This document shows, piece by piece, positions 28,673-37,594 of a stretch of DNA of 64,000 nucleotides (position 1 is its first letter; each line of letters starts with the position of its first letter). The notes beneath the pieces were generated by a model, which made no database searches, was not told the DNA's origin, and saw only the letters and a program-made list of their open reading frames with translations. The position numbers and the translations under genes are program-made. The DNA comes from a virus: positions 1 to 64,000 of IMG/VR virus record IMGVR_UViG_3300036781_000838, one strand, 5' to 3'.

Positions 28673-29344
28673 ATGAGAACCATTGGGGAAGTCGTATCCC
28701 GTGTAAAGAACCTGATGAAAGGCGTCAAGCAGGATGCTTTTCTGACCGATAGGTTTGTTTTTGCCCTGCTACTCAAACATGCCAAGTTCCTGATGCGTCG
28801 CCAGGACTCCCAGAATAAGGTCATGAAGTTCAATCCCGTCTTCCAGACCCTGGATTTTGTTGAGCTCGAAGAAATAGATAAGGTCCAGGCAAAATGTGTG
28901 GGGTTATCTTCTAACTGTACCATTAAAAGAACCCGGGAAAAGCTACCCACTTTTATGGAGGGTTACTGGGGACCCCTTATCCGGTCAGTTACCTCACTGG
29001 ATGGGTCGGAAGAGTTTATGCCTACCTATCCCACCACTTTTATTAATATTTCAAGACAGAAAAACTTCAGGTACAATACCACCAGGTATTATTGGTTCCT
29101 GGGAGGCTACTTGTTTTTTCCCAACCTGGAATGGGACGCGATCCGGATAGAAGGCGTTTTTGAGGATGATATCTCTTCTTACAATTGTGACTGCGAGGAT
29201 GATTGCATCCCCAAGCAGGACCAGCAGTTTAATGTTCCCGATTTTCTTGATTCAGACATGGACAAAATGATCTTACAGGACCTGGGAATTATGGAACAAA
29301 CTCCTGCCGATAATAAAGATGATAAACAAAGTGTACTACGATAA
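28673..29344 (+). CDS. putative tail ring protein
   Basis: 223 aa, 'IRIEGVFED'; synteny. Confidence 0.6.
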   Translation: MRTIGEVVSRVKNLMKGVKQDAFLTDRFVFALLLKHAKFLMRRQDSQNKVMKFNPVFQTLDFVELEEIDKVQAKCVGLSSNCTIKRTREKLPTFMEGYWGPLIRSVTSLDGSEEFMPTYPTTFINISRQKNFRYNTTRYYWFLGGYLFFPNLEWDAIRIEGVFEDDISSYNCDCEDDCIPKQDQQFNVPDFLDSDMDKMILQDLGIMEQTPADNKDDKQSVLR

Positions 29345-30234
29345 TGAAAGAACTCGAATACCGCACTTATGACGAGCTTCTTTCTTCGGTGTTAAGTGAC
29401 TTTAAGACCTATGACCAGGAGGGGATGATTGATCCCCAGGATCTCATTAAAGTTGCCCAAAGCATCAATAAGGAACTCTCCGTTAAAATCAACCCGCTTA
29501 AAGAACTTGTCCTGGACCTGACAAAGGGAAAAGTCAGGCTGCCCAACGACTTCTACCTGCTAAATTTTGCACTGTTATGTGGCAAGTACGAGAAAAGCAT
29601 CCCCATTTTACATGGAATCCATACCGAAGACGTACTTCTGCCGGCAGATTGCAATAACCCAGGTCCTATTCCAGGTAGCACCTATAATACTACTTGCAGA
29701 CCAGCTATAAATGAGGCAAAGGTGAGGTTAACCCAGTGTGGAGAAGGATATGGGGTGGTACAGTATTTCAAATACGAGACCAGGACTTACCATCATTTTC
29801 TGCCACTTCGTATGGAAAGCTCATCAAAGGTAAGTACGAAATGTCCCAACCTGGGGATACGTTCTGAGCGACTCGCCTATATCAAGGGTGGCTGGCTGTA
29901 TACCAATTTTGATTCCGGCACTCTATATATTAATTATATGGGGAATATGGAGGACGACGAAGGCAACCTGCTAGTCCTGGATCATGCCATTGTGAATACG
30001 TATTATGAATATGCCCTTAAAGAGCGGATACTTGAAAACATGCTTATTGAGGGAGAACAGGTAGGAGAGCTATTGAAGCTCATGGGCATAAGAAGGAAAA
30101 ACGCCCGGCTGGAGGCGCGAAATGTCGTTTTTACACCAGACTTTGCCGAGTTAAAGGAAGCTTGGGAAGCGAATAGAAAAGTGCAGCATAATAGGTATTT
30201 CCGAATGTTTGAGGATATCTGTTATGCAGTTTGA
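29344..30234 (+). CDS. tail tubular/ring protein
   Basis: 'VRLPNDF', 'TNFDSGTLYINY...DDEGNL'; immediately precedes the muzzle gene. Confidence 0.7.
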   Translation: MKELEYRTYDELLSSVLSDFKTYDQEGMIDPQDLIKVAQSINKELSVKINPLKELVLDLTKGKVRLPNDFYLLNFALLCGKYEKSIPILHGIHTEDVLLPADCNNPGPIPGSTYNTTCRPAINEAKVRLTQCGEGYGVVQYFKYETRTYHHFLPLRMESSSKVSTKCPNLGIRSERLAYIKGGWLYTNFDSGTLYINYMGNMEDDEGNLLVLDHAIVNTYYEYALKERILENMLIEGEQVGELLKLMGIRRKNARLEARNVVFTPDFAELKEAWEANRKVQHNRYFRMFEDICYAV

Positions 30235-30254
30235 AGTGTAACCTATGAAAACAA

Positions 30255-33200
30255 ATGCCGAACCAGTTACAGAATTCTACGAATGTATCTACCAATGAGT
30301 TTACGGGAGGAATGAAAAAGGACCTTGATCCGGCGCTAATGAAGCCGGATACCTGGACCCATGCCCGCAATGCTGTAAACAATTCCCATAACGGAGAATT
30401 GGGTGTTATTGGTAACGAACCTGCAAACCTGTTGTGTGTTCAGCTCCCCTATACCTTTATTGGCGCCATTAATATCATTGCTGAGAAATGGGCTGTCTTT
30501 TCTACGGACAATACCAATTCAGAAATTGGCTTATTTGATGAGATTTTGTGCAGTTATAAAAAAATTATCAATGACACCTGCCTGCGGTTTAAAACGACCA
30601 ACCTCATTACCGGAGAGTCAAAAAAGAATTTTGACTGTACCTACTCTGTTTATTTCGATGACGGATTGAACCCGTCGCGTTACCTCAATATTGACAGGCC
30701 GGTTTATACCTTAAAATCCCGGCAGCCCGCGGGCAGTTGTGTAATACCTGAATACACTACTACTGTAGACTGCCAGGCATTGCGCTTAGCCCGGATTTTG
30801 GATACTCCCGGGGTAACCTTACAAAAGGGAGCCAGTGGTGGATCCTTACCCAACGGCTCTTACCAGGTAGTGGTGGCCTACACGGTCAACCAGATACGGG
30901 TAACGGACTATTTCACCCCCTCCAATGTTCAATCATTATTCTCCCACCAAAACCTGCAAGGGTCCCTGGAGATTGATATCTCCGGAATGGATACTTCTTA
31001 TGATGAATTTGAGTTGGTTGCTATCTCCTATATAGGAGAAAAAACAAATGCACAGAAAGTGGGTACTTATTCTACCCGCCAGCGAAAGGTATTTATTGAC
31101 ATTCTGGATCCGCGTCTTCCGGTAATTCCCCTGGAAAATATCCCCCTGCAAACGCCCTCATATGAAAGGAGTGACGCCATGTACGAGGTAAGTAACTATT
31201 TACTTCGGGTAGGCGTTTACACCAAACCGGAATTTAATTACCAGCCCCTGGCTAATCTCATAACTCCCAAGTGGGTAGCCCTGGAAGTGCCGGCTGACTA
31301 TTATATTAAGGGCGGCAATATCACTTCATATCTAAGAGATGAACAATATGTCTTTTTTATCCGGTGGATCTATAACACCGGGCAGAAATCTGCTTCCTAT
31401 GCCATTGCCGGCCGACAGGCTAATTCAAACGATCGTACCCTGGTCTCCGGAGCTGATGTCTATGAGACTTCAGTAGGAGTGGCCGTCCCTCCCCAAAAAT
31501 GGCAGGTAGACAATACCGCTACTATCACCTCATCTCAAGGATATGCAATTCCAGAAGGCGCTGTCATAGCAGAAGGAGAAATGGGGTATTTTGAATCTAC
31601 CGAACGTTACCCCGATGATCAGTCGGTCGTATGGGCCGACCTATGCGGGAAGAACATTCGATTTTGCAAATTTCCCGATAATTCGCTCATTCACCTGTCT
31701 GGCCGGTTGGGGGCTACCATTCGAATTCTGGGGGTAAAGTTTGAAAATATCGCACATCCCCTTGATTTTGAAGGTAACATATTGACCGACATCATCGGAT
31801 ACGAAATACTCCGCGGTTCGAGAGAAGGTAACAAGTCTATTATCGCCAAGGGGCTTATTAATAATGTGGCAGAGTATACGATTCCAAACAGCGTTAGCAC
31901 CCGTAAAGGATTATATCCGAACTATCCCTACAATGACTTAAGGACCGATCCTTTCCTGTCTGCTCAGCGGGTGAAAGGTGGATGTAATGATACTGGATAC
32001 CAGGCTATGGGGACCTATCATCAGGACATATTTACATTTCACTCCCCCGAAACCCAATTCAGGAATCCATTTCTGTCTGCCCAGGAATTGCGGGTAGAGT
32101 CTGAAGAATTTGGATCAGTAACCGGAAATTTTGAACCGGTATTCAAACACCCAAAGCACAAGTTAATCCGTGATTTTGCGCTGTATACGTCGGGTATAGT
32201 AGGTGTTGGTGCAGGATTACTAGCTATCCAGGGAAAAAAGACCACCACGCTGAAAGGGGGAAGCGCATTTAATGCAGGAATAACAGGAGCGGGTACTACC
32301 GTAATGACAAGCACCGGCAACCTGACTGCCCCGCTTTCAGATCTCACTTTAGCTGCTCCCATCGGAGGAGGTATTGGCTCCTCCACCGCCATTGCTGTAG
32401 AAGGAGGAGTAATGTCTTCCAATCCAGTTCTGGCGGCTGCTGGTGGCACCTTCCTTTTTACCTACTTTTTAGGCAAAGGAACAGAGGAAGCCGTTCGTAT
32501 CATTAAGGGATTATTGCCCTATAATCAGTTCGCTTACCAATACAATTCTCATGGGTTTTATAGTGACTTTATACCGTCCAAAGAAGGCAATAAGCGTAGG
32601 CTGATAACGGAATCTAATTACCTCGAACCCTACCTGCAGGAGTTCACCGCTGACTACCGGGTTAATAACTTGTTCAGGCCGGCGACACTTATCTTGCAAG
32701 TGAACAAAAATATTGCCAATCCCAGTACACAGGATACTACCCGCACAACCATTGGTAACCTGGGGCTATGGGGCAATCCCACGCAACAGTTTACCACCAC
32801 GACCTCAGCCTACTATGCCGCCCTTAAAAATAATATTGAAAACCAATATGGGCAATTAGATTCGGTTATCCAGATTCCTATCAGCCAGGGGGTATTAGCC
32901 ACTACCCCGGAAAAAAAGATCCGGTTCATGTCGCCTGTTTTATTTGGGGGCGACCAGTATATTAACCGGTACACCGAGAAAAGCATTATGTTTTTCTTTA
33001 ACGACTGGATGTTTGACCAGCCGGACGGATATGAATTTGATTATAACCTGGCCTATAACTTACCCTATGCCCGGTATTGGGTAAACACCCAGGACTTTGA
33101 TATCAGCCAGTTGATGCAGCCGTTTTTAAAAACTGCTGCCGGTATTGCCATTGGGGGAGTGATAGGATCAGAGATAGGATCGCTACTCGGTAGTGCCACT

Positions 33201-35015
33201 TTAGGAGAGCAAATCGGGGAGATCGCGGGAGGAGCCGCAGGTGTGGCGCTGTCCATGAATGATTTTAGCAATGCGGTCTTGCCAAATGATTACGCCCATC
33301 TGGACCGAAATAGTTCAGATTGTAATACAAAAATATCCTTTGGGATTTATAATGCTTATTTCTACCTGTTTTGTAATGGGGTAAGAGACTTTTTTGTTGA
33401 GTCAGAGCTTAATATTGCCCAACGGGACTACGATCAAAGTACCGCCTCCCGGCACTATGACTATAAACAGTATACCGATCTTGACGCCCTATTCAAGTCG
33501 GACATCATCAAGGCCGGCAATAACTACAAATACGATTATTCCCTGTCTGTTTCGAGGTTGTTGCACAATTATATATCCTGGGGTGCGGTTCTGCCAAGAG
33601 ACTACGATCCAACGATTGCCGAACAATGCTATAGCTATTTTCCCAATAGGATTATATATAGTTTACCCCAGCAGGAAGAACTTAAAAAAGACAACTGGAC
33701 AGCATTCCTTACTAACAACTATAAAGATTTTCAACGCAAGATCACGGCCATAAAAAATGTCAATAAAACGGGGGCAATTATCTACTTCAGCAATGATAGC
33801 CCATTGTTATTTCAAGGGGTTGATTCCTTGCAGACAGATGGAGGAATAAAAATTACTATCGGGGATGGAGGGCTATTCAACCAGGCGTTTCAGAGTACGA
33901 CCAATTCCGATGTAGAATATGAATACGGGGCCTGCCAGAACCGGGGTTCCATTATCGGTACCCCGCAAGGAGTTTTCTCCGTTGGCGCAAACCAGGGAAA
34001 GATATTCCAATATGGTAATGGGCTTGAGGAGATATCCCGGGATGGTAATAAGTGGTGGTTTGCACAATATTTACCACTGAAGTTATTACAGGATTACCCG
34101 GATTTTGATTATCCGGATAACCCGGTTATCGGGATAGGTGTTGTTTCCGGCTATGACAACACGAATGAGATGATCTACATTAGCAAAAGGGATTACCAGG
34201 TTAAGCCCACTTATCAAAACAAGCTGACCTATCAGTCAGGGCTTACATTTATTTTAGATGGGAATATACCCGTGCAATTGGGAGATCCTTTTTATTTCGA
34301 TGACGCTTCTTTTACGATATCATACGATCCAAAAATAAAGGGTTTTGTCAGTTTCCATGACTGGATACCTGAAGCAATGCTGCCTTCCCGGAACCATTTG
34401 CTAACTATTAAAGAAGGTGGGATCTGGAAGCATAATTCAAGATGTGACCTTTTCTGTAACTATTATGGAATTGCTTATCCTTTTGAAATTGAATATCCGG
34501 TGACTGTCAGCCAGGAGGTAACGACGCTGAGAACAATTGAATACCAATTGGAAGCCTATAAATACCTGAATGACTGCAGGGATCAATTTCATATCCTGGA
34601 TGAGAATTTCGACCGGGCTGTTGTCTACAACTCAGAGCAATGCTCCGGGCTATTGCGGTTGAATATAAAACCGAAGAATAACCCGTATACGCTGAACCAA
34701 TATCCGTCAGTTGGTCTAAATGGTATAGACATACTCTTCTCCAAGGAAGAAAATAAATACAGGTTCAACCAGTTTTGGGATGCAGTGTCAGATCGCGGGG
34801 AATTCACGGGTAAGCAATACAATATCTGGACGGTTAGCCCGAATGGATATACTAAAGAACTCAATACACTGGCCATAAAATACTCGAAGAGCGCCCTGCA
34901 GCATAAGAAATTCCGGCATTTTACCCAAAGGCTGTTACTGCGTAAAACAGTATCGAACGATGTTAAGTACCTATTGAAACTTACCAACCAAAAACAACAA
35001 AGATCCTTACGCTAA
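30255..35015 (+). CDS. muzzle / tail stabilisation protein
   Basis: 1586 aa; 'FTGGMKKDLD...ARNAVN', 'DDGLNPSRYLNID', 'GYEILRGSR', 'FHSPE', 'GGDQYINRY', 'FTISY...SFHDW.P'. Confidence 0.8.
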   Translation: MPNQLQNSTNVSTNEFTGGMKKDLDPALMKPDTWTHARNAVNNSHNGELGVIGNEPANLLCVQLPYTFIGAINIIAEKWAVFSTDNTNSEIGLFDEILCSYKKIINDTCLRFKTTNLITGESKKNFDCTYSVYFDDGLNPSRYLNIDRPVYTLKSRQPAGSCVIPEYTTTVDCQALRLARILDTPGVTLQKGASGGSLPNGSYQVVVAYTVNQIRVTDYFTPSNVQSLFSHQNLQGSLEIDISGMDTSYDEFELVAISYIGEKTNAQKVGTYSTRQRKVFIDILDPRLPVIPLENIPLQTPSYERSDAMYEVSNYLLRVGVYTKPEFNYQPLANLITPKWVALEVPADYYIKGGNITSYLRDEQYVFFIRWIYNTGQKSASYAIAGRQANSNDRTLVSGADVYETSVGVAVPPQKWQVDNTATITSSQGYAIPEGAVIAEGEMGYFESTERYPDDQSVVWADLCGKNIRFCKFPDNSLIHLSGRLGATIRILGVKFENIAHPLDFEGNILTDIIGYEILRGSREGNKSIIAKGLINNVAEYTIPNSVSTRKGLYPNYPYNDLRTDPFLSAQRVKGGCNDTGYQAMGTYHQDIFTFHSPETQFRNPFLSAQELRVESEEFGSVTGNFEPVFKHPKHKLIRDFALYTSGIVGVGAGLLAIQGKKTTTLKGGSAFNAGITGAGTTVMTSTGNLTAPLSDLTLAAPIGGGIGSSTAIAVEGGVMSSNPVLAAAGGTFLFTYFLGKGTEEAVRIIKGLLPYNQFAYQYNSHGFYSDFIPSKEGNKRRLITESNYLEPYLQEFTADYRVNNLFRPATLILQVNKNIANPSTQDTTRTTIGNLGLWGNPTQQFTTTTSAYYAALKNNIENQYGQLDSVIQIPISQGVLATTPEKKIRFMSPVLFGGDQYINRYTEKSIMFFFNDWMFDQPDGYEFDYNLAYNLPYARYWVNTQDFDISQLMQPFLKTAAGIAIGGVIGSEIGSLLGSATLGEQIGEIAGGAAGVALSMNDFSNAVLPNDYAHLDRNSSDCNTKISFGIYNAYFYLFCNGVRDFFVESELNIAQRDYDQSTASRHYDYKQYTDLDALFKSDIIKAGNNYKYDYSLSVSRLLHNYISWGAVLPRDYDPTIAEQCYSYFPNRIIYSLPQQEELKKDNWTAFLTNNYKDFQRKITAIKNVNKTGAIIYFSNDSPLLFQGVDSLQTDGGIKITIGDGGLFNQAFQSTTNSDVEYEYGACQNRGSIIGTPQGVFSVGANQGKIFQYGNGLEEISRDGNKWWFAQYLPLKLLQDYPDFDYPDNPVIGIGVVSGYDNTNEMIYISKRDYQVKPTYQNKLTYQSGLTFILDGNIPVQLGDPFYFDDASFTISYDPKIKGFVSFHDWIPEAMLPSRNHLLTIKEGGIWKHNSRCDLFCNYYGIAYPFEIEYPVTVSQEVTTLRTIEYQLEAYKYLNDCRDQFHILDENFDRAVVYNSEQCSGLLRLNIKPKNNPYTLNQYPSVGLNGIDILFSKEENKYRFNQFWDAVSDRGEFTGKQYNIWTVSPNGYTKELNTLAIKYSKSALQHKKFRHFTQRLLLRKTVSNDVKYLLKLTNQKQQRSLR

Positions 35016-37573
35016 TGAAAAGAAAATTACCAGCCAGGCAACCGGGGGGTACAGTCACAAATTCTGGCTATTTACCTGATTCTCCCGATAGGTTCAATCC
35101 GTACAATATCATCCCTGGTAACGTGATTACCATGGATAAGGTTCCCCACGATGTATTGGCAATTACAGATAATGGGCAGACCAAACTTATGAAAAAGAAC
35201 TCCGGACTTCACCGGTTTACCGGCGCGAAATCCGTAACTGAAGTTCCAATGTATAATATCGGGGGCAAAATTCCATCACAGTTGCCACAGGAGTTAGTGA
35301 TGTACCAAATGCAGTTGGGTGGACCAGCACCTAACGCTTCAGACAGCCTTGCATTATATAACAACTCCCAGGCACTGTTAAATTTTTATACCCAAAGAGG
35401 ATATGTAAAAGACCATGCTCCAGCAAATTCTACGCAGGCAAAAGGAGAAATGGATAGAAAATTTGCAAGAGATTCATTTGTGAATATGCCCATGGTGCAA
35501 ACTGATCAGGGTATGCTGCAAAACCCTGCCATGTCTCTATATTACCAACCCATAAACCACAATCAGTATAAGCAACGGGAAAATGCAAATGGGATACTTG
35601 ATACCAGGGCGCCGATGGCCTTATATGATAAACGCATTGCTCCCACAAAACACTATGCATTTCACAATGAAAACCCTAACGATCCATTAAATGGGGACCA
35701 GGTCGAGTTTCAGGGATATGATCCGGAGAAGGTCAAGCCTGCAAATTTTAAACAAATGCAGCCACAGGGTCCTGGTCCTTTACCATCAAATGCCAATGCC
35801 ACTCCCGTTCCGGCGCCAGTCCAACAACGGGTACCTACTCCGCCCATACACGACACTCTTCCGCAAGGAGAACCAGTATATGGCCCCCAAAACTCAATGA
35901 TAGGAGTATATGATGGTAAAGGTTTCTTTCCGGTAAAAGACTATAACACTTATAAGGTAAATCCGCAAGATCAGGACCTGCTTAGTAATTCCGACCAATT
36001 GAAGCAATATATGCTGAATAAAACAAAAGGATATCCCGTCGAGATGCACCAGGAGGGCGGGTCCTTGCCTTCGGGGTCATCGGTAAAATCTTCCTTTGAT
36101 AAGGATGGTAATCTGCTGTTTAATCCCCATTTTACCCAAGTCACTTACCCGGGAGATACACTTACCAATCATCAAATTCCATTTGCGGCCAAATATATGT
36201 ATGCCAATGGCACGGGTTCAGGAAATATAACAGCCAAACGTGTAGCCGGGCCTTATGGAGCGCTTGAGCAGGGATATGAGTACAGTCCGGCTGACAAGGA
36301 TATGAAAAAAATAAAGGCTTACCAGGATAATATGAGTGCCATGGAAAAGTTAAAGGCGATCCTGGGATTTTATGGTTCCGATAATATGCCTGGACCGAAT
36401 GGACAGTTACAACAGGGTGGTGTCATGATGAGGGATTATCAAATACCTATGGCCCAAAGCGGCCTGTCCGCTTTCACCTGGGGAAATCTATCCGATGGGC
36501 AAACTCCTACCGCTCCAGGGCAAGGACCGGTATTCCAAGTGGATCAAGCAAATGGTACACCGACTTCTCCTTACAATATTTCGCCTATCGAAAAAGGAAA
36601 TAAGCCCGGGCAATGGAATATACAGAAACAGACTTCCTGGGGACCTAACGTTGAAGGCGCTACCGCTTTTGTCGGGGCAATGGGCGCTGTCGCCAATTCT
36701 TTAAACAAAAGGACAAACAGCGCTCTTTACAACAACCAGGTTAACCGGAGTACTAGCGATGCTCAGTTTCAGACTTTTAATTCAACCCTGAACAGGGGTT
36801 TTATCGATAAAAATTCAGGGATGACTGCTCCCAATAGGCAAACCCTGACTCAATTCGCCAATTTGCCCTACCAGAGTTTTTATGGGCAGCCTCCCATAGC
36901 CCAGACTGGCGCTGAATTACCGCTGATAAATGGTCCTCAGACACCACTAAATAGCATCAACGCCCAGGTAGATAAGGGAATGCCTGCTTTATCACCGGTT
37001 GGATACCCTGCTGACCAGCCAACGCAACCCCCAGTTCAGGTACCACAGCAACAGAGCGCAGGTCCTGATGCCTACCAGGCAGTGAAGGATTTTATAAAAA
37101 AACAAGAGGGATTTGCTAAAAAGGCTGCCTGGGATCATAAGCAGTTCACCAATGGCTACGGAACAGAAGCAAAAGCACCTGATGAGGTCATCTCCCGGGC
37201 TGAAGCGGACAAACGCCTGGATAACTACCTTTTACCGACCGTACAGAAGATCCAGTCGAAGCTACAAGTTCCGGTGAATACCGGGCAGCTCACAGCTCTT
37301 TCCTCCATGGCGTACAATGGTGGCTATGGTGTAGTTAAAAAGCTCATCAACCAGATAAACAAAGGGGTTGGCGCTGATCAAATTGCCGATACAATAAAAA
37401 AGACTGCCATAACCGTTGACAATGGTGCACGGATTTTGGATGAACTGGTTTCCCGCCGAAAAAAAGAAGCTGGTCTCTATACAAGGGGTTATAAGGTGGG
37501 CGGTCAATACGATTTAAGTCATAGCGAGATTCAAAATTTGATGAATCAAGGTTATGAACTGGAATTTATGTAA
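35015..37573 (+). CDS. virion cargo/ejection protein with C-terminal GH24 lysozyme domain
   Basis: P/Q-rich modular protein; 'FIKKQEGFAKKAAWDHKQFTNGYGT...ALSSMAYNGG...LVSRRKKEA' (E-x8-D-x4-T). Confidence 0.8.
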   Translation: MKRKLPARQPGGTVTNSGYLPDSPDRFNPYNIIPGNVITMDKVPHDVLAITDNGQTKLMKKNSGLHRFTGAKSVTEVPMYNIGGKIPSQLPQELVMYQMQLGGPAPNASDSLALYNNSQALLNFYTQRGYVKDHAPANSTQAKGEMDRKFARDSFVNMPMVQTDQGMLQNPAMSLYYQPINHNQYKQRENANGILDTRAPMALYDKRIAPTKHYAFHNENPNDPLNGDQVEFQGYDPEKVKPANFKQMQPQGPGPLPSNANATPVPAPVQQRVPTPPIHDTLPQGEPVYGPQNSMIGVYDGKGFFPVKDYNTYKVNPQDQDLLSNSDQLKQYMLNKTKGYPVEMHQEGGSLPSGSSVKSSFDKDGNLLFNPHFTQVTYPGDTLTNHQIPFAAKYMYANGTGSGNITAKRVAGPYGALEQGYEYSPADKDMKKIKAYQDNMSAMEKLKAILGFYGSDNMPGPNGQLQQGGVMMRDYQIPMAQSGLSAFTWGNLSDGQTPTAPGQGPVFQVDQANGTPTSPYNISPIEKGNKPGQWNIQKQTSWGPNVEGATAFVGAMGAVANSLNKRTNSALYNNQVNRSTSDAQFQTFNSTLNRGFIDKNSGMTAPNRQTLTQFANLPYQSFYGQPPIAQTGAELPLINGPQTPLNSINAQVDKGMPALSPVGYPADQPTQPPVQVPQQQSAGPDAYQAVKDFIKKQEGFAKKAAWDHKQFTNGYGTEAKAPDEVISRAEADKRLDNYLLPTVQKIQSKLQVPVNTGQLTALSSMAYNGGYGVVKKLINQINKGVGADQIADTIKKTAITVDNGARILDELVSRRKKEAGLYTRGYKVGGQYDLSHSEIQNLMNQGYELEFM

Positions 37574-37594
37574 TTTATTAGTAGCACCTATCCT

